Below, one piece after another: positions 1-8,899 of a stretch of DNA of 27,434 bases. The DNA comes from Thiotrichales bacterium (GTDB lineage Bacteria > Pseudomonadota > Gammaproteobacteria > JAAZVR01). A model generated the notes under the pieces. It was not told where the DNA came from. It saw nothing but the letters and a program-made list of their open reading frames with translations, and did no database searches. The DNA lies in the NCBI GenBank assembly GCA_018623305.1, contig JAAZVR010000001.1:1-27434 (forward strand), in the 5' to 3' direction. How positions within the stretch are numbered: the stretch's first letter is position 1; each line of letters opens with the position of its first letter. The translations under genes were made by a program, and so were the position numbers.

Positions 1-1029
1 ATTGCCAACTACTTCGGCCGTATCGTAGAAGAAGGCGCAACATTCGACGCACCTGCAAACTTCTCTCGCACATTCAACGCGCAATTCTCGAAAGCACAAG
101 ATATGCGTTACGGCGAAAACCCGCATCAGAACGCGGCCTTCTACGTGGACACAAATGCTACTGAAGCTTCAGTTGCAACGTCAAACCAGTTGCAGGGTAA
201 AGAATTGTCTTACAACAACATCGCCGATACAGACGCAGCGTTGGAGTGTGTTAAAACATTCGAAAAACCAGCGTGTGTGATCGTTAAACACGCAAACCCT
301 TGTGGTGTTGCGGTGTCTTTGGATGGCATTGAAAAAGCCTATGATTTGGCTTTCGAAACAGATCCTGAATCAGCATTCGGCGGCATCATCGCATTCAACC
401 GTGCATTAGACAAAGACACAATGACGAAAATCATCGAGCGTCAGTTCGTTGAAGTCATCATCGCGCCAAGCATTGATGCAGACGCAATCAAAGCAGCGGA
501 AGCAAAACCAAACGTGCGCGTACTTGAGTGTGGTGAATTGCCAGCCGCGGGCGAGCGTACGGTTCAGTTGGATTACAAACGTGTCAACGGCGGCCTATTG
601 GTTCAAGACGCTGACATGGGCATGATTACTGCGGACGACTTAAAAACGGTCACAGATCGCGCACCAACAGAAGCGGAAATGAACGACTTGATCTTCGCTT
701 GGAAAGTCGCAAAATACGTGAAATCAAACGCAATTGTTTATGCGAAAGACCGTCAAACTGTAGGCGTGGGCGCTGGCCAAATGAGCCGCGTAAACTCTGC
801 TCGTATTGCAGGCATTAAAGCGGAACACGCAGGTCTACAAGTGGAGGGTGCTGTCATGGCATCGGATGCCTTCTTCCCATTCCGTGACGGCATTGATAAT
901 GCGGCAGCGGCAGGCATTAAGTGCATCATCCAGCCAGGCGGTTCAATGCGCGATCAAGAAGTTATTGATGCGGCGAACGAGCACGGCATTGCGATGGTCT
1001 TCACAGGCATGCGCCACTTCCGTCATTAA
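1..1029 (+). CDS. purH: Bifunctional AICAR transformylase/IMP cyclohydrolase (5' end outside window)
   Basis: Frame is open from base 1 (IANYFGRIV...[13 protein letters not shown]). It contains [51 protein letters not shown] and [10 protein letters not shown], and ends GMRHFRH. Confidence 0.98.
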   Translation: MANYFGRIVEEGATFDAPANFSRTFNAQFSKAQDMRYGENPHQNAAFYVDTNATEASVATSNQLQGKELSYNNIADTDAALECVKTFEKPACVIVKHANPCGVAVSLDGIEKAYDLAFETDPESAFGGIIAFNRALDKDTMTKIIERQFVEVIIAPSIDADAIKAAEAKPNVRVLECGELPAAGERTVQLDYKRVNGGLLVQDADMGMITADDLKTVTDRAPTEAEMNDLIFAWKVAKYVKSNAIVYAKDRQTVGVGAGQMSRVNSARIAGIKAEHAGLQVEGAVMASDAFFPFRDGIDNAAAAGIKCIIQPGGSMRDQEVIDAANEHGIAMVFTGMRHFRH

Positions 1030-1053
1030 TTAGAACTCTCGTCTGATTGACCC

Positions 1054-1078
1054 AAAACCCGCCTTGCGCGGGTTTTTT
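1054..1078 (+). terminator. Intrinsic terminator after purH
   Basis: AAAACCCGC (1054-1062), 5-nt loop, GCGGGTTTT (1068-1076), with a T6 run at 1073-1078, 25 nt after the purH stop. Confidence 0.85.
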
Positions 1079-1134
1079 ATTGCCCAATAAAAACTTTCTT
1101 AGTTGACCTAAAACCTTCTCGGTGATGTGGTGAC

Positions 1135-1345
1135 TTGTCATTAATAATTGAAGACTCTGTGGCACGTATTGAGGACGGTACTCATTTGGTCTCTGAATCC
1201 GAACATTCATTGACGCAAATCAATACCGAAATCAAGAAAGTCAGCGACATCATCGCGGACGATTTCAGCGGCATCTGCCGACTCAATGAGCCAGCAAGTT
1301 CAAGAAATGAAGGCTTTGATTAGTTACTTTAAAATCAACAAATAA
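1135..1345 (+). pseudogene. C-terminal remnant of a methyl-accepting chemotaxis protein
   Basis: The first frame reads SLIIEDSVARIEDGTHLVSESEHSLTQINTEIKKVSDIIA. After a +1 shift at about 1259-1261 it reads ISAASADSMSQQVQEMKALISYFKINK-stop (TAA 1343-1345). This matches the MCP post-hairpin helix and the typical C-terminus. The usual EQ..GI.Q.N.A...MD..TQQNA segment and the whole N-terminal part are missing. Confidence 0.8.
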
Positions 1346-1354
1346 TGCTAAAAT
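1346..1354 (+). promoter_or_regulatory. Candidate extended -10 promoter (TG-C-TAAAAT) for purD operon
   Basis: TGCTAAAAT matches TGnTAnnnT, lies about 40 nt upstream of the purD ATG and downstream of the purH terminator. No good -35 is visible. Confidence 0.45.
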
Positions 1355-1390
1355 CTCGCCCAAATATTTGAATCGATTTGGGAGAGATTT
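1351..1390 (+). promoter_or_regulatory. 15-bp inverted repeat covering the purD Shine-Dalgarno
   Basis: AAATCTCGCCCAAAT (1351-1365) pairs with ATTTGGGAGAGATTT (1376-1390) with 1 mismatch and a 10-nt loop. The right arm contains GGGAG (1380-1384). Confidence 0.45.
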
Positions 1391-1395
1391 AACGC

Positions 1396-2679
1396 ATGAA
1401 TATTCTAGTCATCGGTAACGGCGGTCGTGAGCACGCACTTGCATGGAAAGCGGCTCAGTCGCCAAAAGCAGATAAAGTTTTTGTAGCACCTGGAAACCCC
1501 GGTTCTGCCAACGAAGACAAAATCGAAAATGTAAACATCGCTGTTGATGACCTAGATGCTCTCGTTGCTTTCGCCAAAAACAACTCAATCGACCTAACGA
1601 TTGTTGGACCAGAGGCACCATTAGTTTTGGGCGTTGTTAATGCATTCCAAGCAGCAGGCCTTAAAATCTTCGGCCCATCTAAAGATGCGGCTCAATTGGA
1701 AGGTTCAAAAGCATTCTCTAAAGATTTCCTTGCGAAACACAATATCCCAACAGCGGAATACCAAAACTTCAAAGAAATCGACCCGGCTTTGGCCTACATC
1801 GATGAAAAAGGCGCACCTATTGTGGTTAAAGCGGACGGCCTTGCAGCAGGTAAAGGCGTGATCGTCGCTCAAACCGTTGAAGAAGCGAAAGATGCGGTGA
1901 AAGATATGTTGGCTGGCAACGCCTTTGGTTCTGCCGGTTCTCGCGTTGTTATCGAAGAATTCTTAGCAGGCGAAGAAGCCAGCTTCATCGTAATGGCGGA
2001 TGGCGATAACATCCTGCCAATGGCGTCTTCTCAAGACCATAAAGCGCGTGATAATGGCGACACAGGTCCAAACACAGGCGGCATGGGGGCTTATTCTCCA
2101 GCACCTGTTGTAACGCCTGAAATGCACGATCGCATTATGGACACAGTCATTCGCCCAACGATTGATGGCATGAAAGCTGACGGCTTACCTTACACAGGTT
2201 TCTTATACGCAGGTGTTATGATTGACTCTAACGGCACGCCAAAAGTATTGGAATTTAACTGCCGATTCGGTGACCCGGAAACACAACCGATTATGATGCG
2301 TTTGAAGTCTGATTTAGTGGAGCATTGTTTAGCCGCGATTGAAGGCCAATTAGATACCCAAACAACGGATTGGGATGAGCGTTGCGCTCTAGGCGTTGTG
2401 ATGGCAGCGGGCGGCTACCCATTCGATTACAACAAAGGCGATGTGATTAACGGCCTATTCACTGCAGAAGACGATTTAAAAGTCTTCCAAGCGGGTACTT
2501 CAACGAATGACGCAGGTGATACAACCACTTCAGGCGGTCGTGTTTTATGTGTGACAGCCTTGGGTTCTTCGGTGACTGAAGCGCAAAAACGTGCTTATGA
2601 AGGCGTAAAACGCATCGACTGGAAAGACGTATATTTCCGTACAGACATTGGCCACCGTGCCATTGCTCGAGAGGCTTAA
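1396..2679 (+). CDS. purD: Phosphoribosylamine-glycine ligase
   Basis: Motifs MNILVIGNGGREHALAW, GPEAPL, VVKADGLAAGKGV, GPNTGGMGAYSP, EFNCRFGDPETQ, TSGGRVL and YFRTDIG. Confidence 0.98.
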   Translation: MNILVIGNGGREHALAWKAAQSPKADKVFVAPGNPGSANEDKIENVNIAVDDLDALVAFAKNNSIDLTIVGPEAPLVLGVVNAFQAAGLKIFGPSKDAAQLEGSKAFSKDFLAKHNIPTAEYQNFKEIDPALAYIDEKGAPIVVKADGLAAGKGVIVAQTVEEAKDAVKDMLAGNAFGSAGSRVVIEEFLAGEEASFIVMADGDNILPMASSQDHKARDNGDTGPNTGGMGAYSPAPVVTPEMHDRIMDTVIRPTIDGMKADGLPYTGFLYAGVMIDSNGTPKVLEFNCRFGDPETQPIMMRLKSDLVEHCLAAIEGQLDTQTTDWDERCALGVVMAAGGYPFDYNKGDVINGLFTAEDDLKVFQAGTSTNDAGDTTTSGGRVLCVTALGSSVTEAQKRAYEGVKRIDWKDVYFRTDIGHRAIAREA

Positions 2680-2686
2680 TCACTGA

Positions 2687-3244
2687 ATGAAGCACCTTGC
2701 GCATCATTTTCTTGTAGCCCTGCCTATGGTGGATGACGAGAATTTTCGTCAATCCGTCACCTACATCGTTGAGCATTCAACCGATGGCACTATGGGCATT
2801 GTCATTAACCGTCCGATTGAAGGTTATCATTTAACGGATTTAGCAGAGCAATTTGCTGAATCCGAAAACCCAAAGCATTTTGATGAAACACCTTTGCTGA
2901 ATGGCGGCCCGATTGATAACGATCGCGGATTCATTTTGCATAATGACTCGAGTATTTGGGATTCCACTTTGCAAAGCCACGATGGCATTTCACTCACCAC
3001 GTCGAAAGATTTTTTATCCGCGTTATTTGACGGCAAAATCGACACACCGAATTTAGTTGCTTTAGGCTATGCGGGTTGGGAGCGCGGTCAGCTGGAGCAA
3101 GAAATCTCAGAAGGTAATTGGTTACTGTTACCCGCCAGTGATGATTTGATTTTTGATGTGCCTGTCGAGCATCGTTACACTGAAGCACTTCGTCGTTTAG
3201 GTGTGGATGCCGGTCGATTAACACCGGATATTGGGCACGCTTAA
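2687..3244 (+). CDS. yqgE: YqgE/AlgH family protein (UPF0301)
   Basis: Motifs HFLVALP, F..SVTYIVEH...GTMGIVINRP, GGP...DRGFILH, LGYAGWERGQLEQEI and a C-terminal GHA. Lies directly upstream of yqgF. Confidence 0.93.
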   Translation: MKHLAHHFLVALPMVDDENFRQSVTYIVEHSTDGTMGIVINRPIEGYHLTDLAEQFAESENPKHFDETPLLNGGPIDNDRGFILHNDSSIWDSTLQSHDGISLTTSKDFLSALFDGKIDTPNLVALGYAGWERGQLEQEISEGNWLLLPASDDLIFDVPVEHRYTEALRRLGVDAGRLTPDIGHA

Positions 3245-3666
3245 TGAATCAGCGTTTATTAGGGTTTGATTTTGGCTTGCAACGCATTGGTGTGGCGGTC
3301 GGTCAAACCCTGACTCAAACCGCCACCGCTCTTGAAATTGTCGCTTGCAATAGTGGCAAACCCGATTGGGCGCACATTGAGCGCATTATTCAAGAGTGGC
3401 AACCCGATGCTTTTGTTGTCGGCTATCCACTCAATATGGATGGCACAGCACAAGAAATGACACGCGCTTGCGAACGTTTTGGCAATCGCCTTCAGGGGCG
3501 ATTCAATCTACCCGTTCATTTGCAAGATGAACGATTAAGCTCTCAACAAGCCGAAGCGAAAGCAAAATTTCGCTACAATCCAAATAAGAAAAAGCAGTTT
3601 GTCGATGACGTCGCCGCACAGGTGATTCTCGAACGCTGGCTCCAACAACCTTCACACATCGAGTAA
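3244..3666 (+). CDS. yqgF: Pre-16S rRNA nuclease / RuvX (YqgF family)
   Basis: Motifs [32 protein letters not shown] and [17 protein letters not shown] overlap with yqgE. Confidence 0.95.
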   Translation: MNQRLLGFDFGLQRIGVAVGQTLTQTATALEIVACNSGKPDWAHIERIIQEWQPDAFVVGYPLNMDGTAQEMTRACERFGNRLQGRFNLPVHLQDERLSSQQAEAKAKFRYNPNKKKQFVDDVAAQVILERWLQQPSHIE

Positions 3667-3670
3667 GCAC

Positions 3671-4648
3671 ATGATTAGAAACGTACTTCAACTCAATGCT
3701 GAAAAACAGCTTAAACACTTTCTCAGCATGGAAGGCCTTAAACGCCACCACTTAATTGAAATCCTCGACACCGCGGATTTTTTTATGGATTACGAACGCA
3801 ATCGCGTCAAAAAAGTCCCGTTGCTGAAAGACCAGACGATTGTGAATTTGTTCTTTGAGCCGAGCACTCGAACCCGCATGACATTTGAGCAAGCCGCCAA
3901 AAGCCTAGGTGCCAATGTGATGAATCTCAACATCAGCACCTCATCGGCGAAAAAAGGCGAAACGCTGTTAGATACCTTGCACAACATCGAAGCAATGGGT
4001 GCGGATATGTTTGTCGTCCGCCACCAAGAAAGCGGTGCAGCACATTTCATCGCGCAACATACCGCGCCCGGTATTCCTGTGTTGAATGCCGGTGATGGTC
4101 GTCATTCTCACCCAACTCAAGGCATGTTGGATATGATGACGATTCGTCATTTCAAAAAGGAATTTGGTCCGCTGAAAGTTGCGATTGTCGGCGACATTAT
4201 GCACTCGCGTGTCGCTCGCTCTCAGATTCACGCATTAACCACTTTGGAAGTCACTGAAGTGCGCGTAGTCGGTCCACAAACCTTACTGCCGAGCGAAGTT
4301 GAGAAACTCGGCGTACACGTCCACCACGATTTGAAATCAGGCTTGGACGATGTGGATGTGGTGATTATGTTGCGTTTGCAAAATGAGCGCATGGACGGCG
4401 CATTAATCCCGAGTGAGCGTGAGTATTTCAAACTGTACGGCTTGACTGAAGAAACCTTGAAGTACGCAAAAGACGATGCGATTGTGATGCACCCAGGTCC
4501 TATCAACCGTGGTGTGGAAATGGATTCACCTGTGGTGGATGGCGATCGTTCGGTTATTTTGCAACAGGTCACATTTGGGATTGCCGTTCGAATGGCGGTC
4601 ATGTGTTTAGTGATGGGCGTTCGCCCACTGGAGATGAATCATGAGTAA
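3671..4648 (+). CDS. pyrB: Aspartate carbamoyltransferase catalytic subunit (Pseudomonas-type)
   Basis: Motifs [55 protein letters not shown] and [12 protein letters not shown]-terminal [18 protein letters not shown] extension. Confidence 0.97.
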   Translation: MIRNVLQLNAEKQLKHFLSMEGLKRHHLIEILDTADFFMDYERNRVKKVPLLKDQTIVNLFFEPSTRTRMTFEQAAKSLGANVMNLNISTSSAKKGETLLDTLHNIEAMGADMFVVRHQESGAAHFIAQHTAPGIPVLNAGDGRHSHPTQGMLDMMTIRHFKKEFGPLKVAIVGDIMHSRVARSQIHALTTLEVTEVRVVGPQTLLPSEVEKLGVHVHHDLKSGLDDVDVVIMLRLQNERMDGALIPSEREYFKLYGLTEETLKYAKDDAIVMHPGPINRGVEMDSPVVDGDRSVILQQVTFGIAVRMAVMCLVMGVRPLEMNHE

Positions 4649-5936
4649 TCGAGTTCATAAACGCACAGAAATTCGCGGTGGTCGCGTCATCGACCCCGCT
4701 AATGGCATTGATCGCATCACTTCTCTGTTCTTCGAAAATGGCTTGATTGTTGCGCTGGATAATGCACCCGCAGGTTTTGAAGCAGAAGAAGTCATTGATG
4801 CGACTGGGCAAGTCGTTTGCCCTGGCTTGGTCGATTTACAAGCCCGTATGCGCGAGCCTGGACACGAATACATTGCAACCATTGCCAGTGAAACCCAAGC
4901 CGCAACGAAAGGCGGGATTACTTGCTTACTTAGCCCACCTGATACCGACCCTATCATTGATAACGTCGCATCGGCTGAACTGATTATCAACCGTGCGAAA
5001 AAAGCAGATTTAGCTCGCTTCTTACCGACGGGCGCTTTGACGAAAAAACTCAAAGGCGAATACATCAGCGAAATGGCTTCATTACGCGAAGCGGGTTGTG
5101 TGGCGATGAGCAATGGTGACCAACCTGTGATGAATACACTGACGATGAAACGCGCCTTGCAATATGCGGCTACGCACGATATTCCTGTCATTATTCGTCC
5201 TGTCGATCCGTTTTTAGCGGCAGGCGGTTGCGCGCATGAAGGCGAAGTAGCAGACCGATTAGGCCTTAATGGCATCCTAGATGCTGCGGAAACCATCGCG
5301 CTCGCGCGTGATTTAATGTTGGTTGAAGAAACGGGCGTTCAAGCGCACTTTGCTCAACTCTCATGCGCGCAAAGTGTTGATATGATTGCCGATGCTCAAA
5401 AACGAGGCCTACGTGTGACAGCGGATGTCACCGCTCATCATTTGCATTTAAATGAATTTGATACTGCCGATTTCAACAGCAATATGCACGTTTTACCGCC
5501 ACTACGCACTCAACGCGACCAAGAGGCCTTGGTTGTAGGCCTTAAAATGGGCACCATTAGTGCTGTAGTTTCAGACCACCGCCCTTGGGAAGAAGACGAC
5601 AAATTAGTGCCATTCCCAGAAGCAGAACCGGGTGTCAGCGGTGTGGAAACGTTATTACCGATGGTTTTGAGATTGGTTGATAATGCAATGTTCACCATGA
5701 ACGATGCAATTGCCTGCTTAACCTCCAAACCGGCAGCGATTTTCAATTTACCGAATGGCACTTTGAGCATTGGCAAAAAAGCCGACATTTGTATTTTCAA
5801 TCCTGATGAATACTGGGATATTACGCCTGAAAATTTAATCAGCTTAGGTAAAAACTCTCCGTTCTTGGGTTGGAATGTGAAAGGGTGTGTGACGATGACG
5901 TTGAAATCGGGTCAAAAGGTTTATCAAACTTCATGA
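4641..5936 (+). CDS. pyrC': Inactive dihydroorotase-like subunit PyrC' (ATCase assembly subunit)
   Basis: Amidohydrolase-fold motifs (GGRVIDP, PGLVD..REPG, SDH.P, PG.SG.ET). The metal-binding HxH is replaced: [10 protein letters not shown] instead of DLHVHLREPG. Overlaps pyrB by 8 nt. Confidence 0.85.
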   Translation: MSNRVHKRTEIRGGRVIDPANGIDRITSLFFENGLIVALDNAPAGFEAEEVIDATGQVVCPGLVDLQARMREPGHEYIATIASETQAATKGGITCLLSPPDTDPIIDNVASAELIINRAKKADLARFLPTGALTKKLKGEYISEMASLREAGCVAMSNGDQPVMNTLTMKRALQYAATHDIPVIIRPVDPFLAAGGCAHEGEVADRLGLNGILDAAETIALARDLMLVEETGVQAHFAQLSCAQSVDMIADAQKRGLRVTADVTAHHLHLNEFDTADFNSNMHVLPPLRTQRDQEALVVGLKMGTISAVVSDHRPWEEDDKLVPFPEAEPGVSGVETLLPMVLRLVDNAMFTMNDAIACLTSKPAAIFNLPNGTLSIGKKADICIFNPDEYWDITPENLISLGKNSPFLGWNVKGCVTMTLKSGQKVYQTS

Positions 5937-6382
5937 TGGGACTGGAGCAAGCCATCGCTGGCGAGTTCCCGATTGAACCCGCACAAGCGCGCGAACATTC
6001 GCTACTGATCGCTGAAGACCGTGGTTTGCTAGGCTTGCTCAGTTATGCCAAGCAATACTCCGCGGAGTCCAACTATGCTTTGCTTGGCTTCACGGAGACA
6101 CCTCCGTTTCAAGCGATGCCCGCTCGGTTTATTTTTCCCGAAGCACCCGATGAGGCCATCGGCGCTTTGCCATTATTAGAAGACTGGCAACTGCCCAATC
6201 GTTTGGCATTTGATGAATTCAAACCTGGGTATTTCGAAGGTTCTGTCATTGAGTTAGCCCAAAGCTGCCTAAAAAATGGCCTACATATTGAACATTTTTG
6301 TCTATTTGGCTCCAAGGCCTTCATCGACAAAACCCAACAAACTCTTTCAATTCAAGCAAGTTATACACAGGTTATTGAATGA
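5933..6382 (+). CDS. 149-aa protein resembling the central NAD-binding part of PyrK (DHOD electron-transfer subunit), without cofactor motifs
   Basis: ATG at 5933 forms an ATGA overlap with the pyrC' stop, and the stop forms an ATGA overlap with yggS. PARFIFPEAPDEAIGALPLLEDWQLPNRLA...PGYFEG resembles, from memory, the P..I.VPG.P.GVIAAMPLLEDWGIPSRLA...G.YEG segment of gammaproteobacterial PyrK-like proteins. Confidence 0.55.
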   Translation: MMGLEQAIAGEFPIEPAQAREHSLLIAEDRGLLGLLSYAKQYSAESNYALLGFTETPPFQAMPARFIFPEAPDEAIGALPLLEDWQLPNRLAFDEFKPGYFEGSVIELAQSCLKNGLHIEHFCLFGSKAFIDKTQQTLSIQASYTQVIE

Positions 6383-7068
6383 CAAACATTGCTGAAAATT
6401 TAAAAGCCGTTCACGCCAGAATGGATTCCGCTGCGAAAGACGCTGGACGAGCACCCGAAGATATCCAACTCATCTGTGTGAGCAAAACACGCCCTGCTCG
6501 AGACGTGCATTTAGCCAGTTGTGAAGGTGAAGAGCACTTCGGTGAGAACTACCTTCAGGAATCTGTCGAGAAGGTTGCCCAAATCGGCACTCATGGTGTG
6601 ACATGGCACTTCATCGGCCCCATCCAATCGAACAAAACCCGCCCTATAGCGGAGCTTTTCGACTGGGTACACAGTGTGGATCGCATTAAAATCGCAGAGC
6701 GTTTAAGTCGTCAACGCCCCGAGGCCTTGGGTGCTTTAAACATCCTTTTGCAAATTAACATCAGCCATGAAGCGTCCAAATCTGGCTTGTTAGAAAACGA
6801 AATCGAAGAGGCCTTAAAGGTCTGTTGCGCCTTGCCAAACTTGCAAGTTCGTGGCTTTATGGCGATTCCTGAAGCCACTGATGATAAGGCACTTCAGCAC
6901 ACTAATTTTGCCAAGATGAACGACTTACTCAAAAAGTATCAACAAAGTTATCCACAACTTACGGAGTTATCCATGGGCATGTCTGGGGATTTGGAGGCGG
7001 CCATTCACGAAGGTGCTACAATGGTGCGCATCGGAACGGATATCTTTGGAAAAAGGAATTATTCATGA
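6379..7068 (+). CDS. yggS: PLP homeostasis protein (YggS/PLPBP)
   Basis: Motifs VSKT (PLP lysine), FGENYLQE, WHFIGPIQSNK, SGEASKSG-like SHEASKSG, LSMGMSGD and GATMVRIGT.IFG. Confidence 0.97.
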   Translation: MTNIAENLKAVHARMDSAAKDAGRAPEDIQLICVSKTRPARDVHLASCEGEEHFGENYLQESVEKVAQIGTHGVTWHFIGPIQSNKTRPIAELFDWVHSVDRIKIAERLSRQRPEALGALNILLQINISHEASKSGLLENEIEEALKVCCALPNLQVRGFMAIPEATDDKALQHTNFAKMNDLLKKYQQSYPQLTELSMGMSGDLEAAIHEGATMVRIGTDIFGKRNYS

Positions 7069-7886
7069 ACCCAAACATTGCATTTATTGGCTGTGGCAAC
7101 ATGACGAAAAGCTTGATTGGCGGTCTGATTGCAGACAACTGCCCAAGTGAAAACATTCATATCACAGATTTAGACATTGAAGGCCTAAACACCTTCGCAC
7201 AAAACACCCAGACTCACGCCTGCGAATCTAATGCAGACGCTGTCGCTCAAGCCGATGTCGTTGTTTTAGCGGTCAAACCTCAAGGGCTGAAAGCGGTGTG
7301 TGAAGAAATTAAAGCATCCGTACAAGCGCGCAAACCGCTGATTGTTTCAATCGCTGCGGGCATTCGTATGCAAGACATCGAAAATTGGCTAGGCGGCGAT
7401 ATTGCCATCGTCCGCACTATGCCGAACACGCCGTCTCTTTTAAGCTGTGGCGCATCAGGTTTAGTTGCTAATGCCAAAACCAATGACACGCAAAAGAGCC
7501 AAGCGGAATCGATTATGCGCTCAACAGGCGTCGCTGTTTGGGTCGAAGATGAAGCACAAATTGATACCGTCACTGCCGTTTCAGGCAGCGGACCAGCCTA
7601 TTACTTCCTGTTTATGGAAGCGATGGAAGCGACGGCTCAAAAAATGGGTTTGGATGCAAAAACCGCGCATTTATTAACCACCCAAACCGCTTTAGGCGCG
7701 GCGCGCATGGCGATTGAAAGCCAAGACAATTGCGCGACTTTACGCCAAAAAGTGACCTCACCAGGCGGAACAACAGAGCAAGCCATCAATACCTTTATTG
7801 AAGGAGAGTTGCCAGAGTTAGTTGAAAAAGCCATGCAAGCGGCACAAGCGCGCGCCAAAACTCTAGCCGATGAATTAGGAGATTAA
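7065..7886 (+). CDS. proC: Pyrroline-5-carboxylate reductase
   Basis: Motifs FIGCGNM, VVLAVKPQ, SIAAGI, RTMPNTP, TAVSGSGPAY and VTSPGGTT. Confidence 0.97.
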   Translation: MNPNIAFIGCGNMTKSLIGGLIADNCPSENIHITDLDIEGLNTFAQNTQTHACESNADAVAQADVVVLAVKPQGLKAVCEEIKASVQARKPLIVSIAAGIRMQDIENWLGGDIAIVRTMPNTPSLLSCGASGLVANAKTNDTQKSQAESIMRSTGVAVWVEDEAQIDTVTAVSGSGPAYYFLFMEAMEATAQKMGLDAKTAHLLTTQTALGAARMAIESQDNCATLRQKVTSPGGTTEQAINTFIEGELPELVEKAMQAAQARAKTLADELGD

Positions 7887-7887
7887 T

Positions 7888-8466
7888 ATGGAACCGATGG
7901 GTAATGCGGGACTGTTTCTCGTTGAATTATTTTTTAGCTTTGTGATTTTTGCCTTTGTCGCCCGTGTGATTTTGCGCTTTTTTTATGTCAGTGGTTACAA
8001 CCCTGTCATCAATTTCATCGCGACATTTACCACACCTGTTACGCGTCCTTTAACGGCGGTATTGCCTGATTTAGGCCGTGTGGATCTTGCCGCTCTTGTG
8101 ATTGCATTTGGGCTTCAAGTTGCCAATGTTTGGATTCTGCTCTGGTTGTTGGGTAAGAGTTTAGCCATCACAGGATTGCTGGTTTTTGCTGCGGCTAAAT
8201 TGCTCAGTACTGTGACAGATATCTTATTCTTCGCGATTGTGATTCAAGTGATCTTAAGCTGGGTCAGCACACCGAGCAACCCAAATCCATTGGCACAATT
8301 GATTTATCAAATCGTCGACCCAATGCTTTCGCCGTTCCGACGTCTGATTCCTATGATTGGTGGGTTAGATTTAAGCCCAATTGCTGCGCTGGCTGCGATT
8401 AAATTATTCGAAATTTTAGCGATTGGGCCATTAAACAGCTTAGCGGCTCAAATGCTTATCGGTTAG
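7888..8466 (+). CDS. yggT: YggT family membrane protein
   Basis: Two YGGT repeats (YNPV...T.PVTRPL..VLP..GRVDLA; ILSWV...L.Q...PML.PFRRLIP.IGGLDLSPI), directly after yggS-proC. Confidence 0.92.
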   Translation: MEPMGNAGLFLVELFFSFVIFAFVARVILRFFYVSGYNPVINFIATFTTPVTRPLTAVLPDLGRVDLAALVIAFGLQVANVWILLWLLGKSLAITGLLVFAAAKLLSTVTDILFFAIVIQVILSWVSTPSNPNPLAQLIYQIVDPMLSPFRRLIPMIGGLDLSPIAALAAIKLFEILAIGPLNSLAAQMLIG

Positions 8467-8473
8467 TGTGTCC

Positions 8474-8507
8474 AAAGGGTTTGAATCTTAAGCATCAAAC
8501 CCTTTTT
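8474..8507 (+). terminator. Intrinsic terminator, probably shared by convergent genes
   Basis: Perfect 11-bp stem AAAGGGTTTGA (8474-8484) / TCAAACCCTTT (8495-8505) with a 10-nt loop and a T5 run at 8503-8507 on the + strand. Confidence 0.8.
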
Positions 8508-8508
8508 C

Positions 8509-8899
8509 TTACCACGTCTCTAGCCAAGGCTTGAAATCTTGAACTGGCAAAGGTCGAGCGAACAGAGACATAACCCACTATCTCACCTTCATCAAAGATG
8601 GGAGCCATATCTGCACGAACCCAGTAAAAACGTCCATCTTTTCGGAGGTTTTTAATATGTCCGCGCCAAGTATGACCACTGGACAATGTCATCCACATGT
8701 CCTCAAACACTGCGGATGGCATATCGGGATGACGAAGAATACTGTGTGGTTGATGAAGGAGCTCATCGCGAAGGTAGCCTGAGGCCGTTTGAAAGCCTTA
8801 GTTAAACTCCAAAATATTGCCATCTAAGTCTGAAGTTGACATGATGACCATGTCTTGACTGAGTTCGTATTCCTCATCAAGAGGTTTATGCGATATCAA
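8509..8899 (-). pseudogene. Collapsed Aer-type PAS ... EAL (c-di-GMP phosphodiesterase) gene
   Basis: TTG start at 8899 with SD AGGGG 6 nt upstream, inside parE. It reads MISHKPLDEEYELSQDMVIMSTSDLDGNILEFN*GFQTASGY..ELLHQPHSILRHPDMP..VFEDMW.TL..G..W.G.IKNLRKDG.FYWV....GYVSVR, with TAA at codon 34 (8800-8798). A +1 frame from 8565 then reads LFARPLPVQDFKPWLETW-stop (TAA 8511-8509), a typical EAL C-terminus. Confidence 0.8.

Noticed and set aside
1135-1323. 62-aa ORF as a genuine small protein
   Set aside because: Its first 40 codons are MCP-like, and the rest is the out-of-frame reading of the MCP tail. There is no SD.
5870-5932. ORF-track upstream starts (5870 GTG, also 11465, 12154, 13286)
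   Set aside because: They extend well into the preceding gene. Downstream starts with ATGA coupling or a good SD fit better.
8495-8722. 75-aa ORF as a stand-alone PAS protein
   Set aside because: It starts mid-domain after a nonsense codon, and its last residues are frameshifted read-through into the terminator stem.
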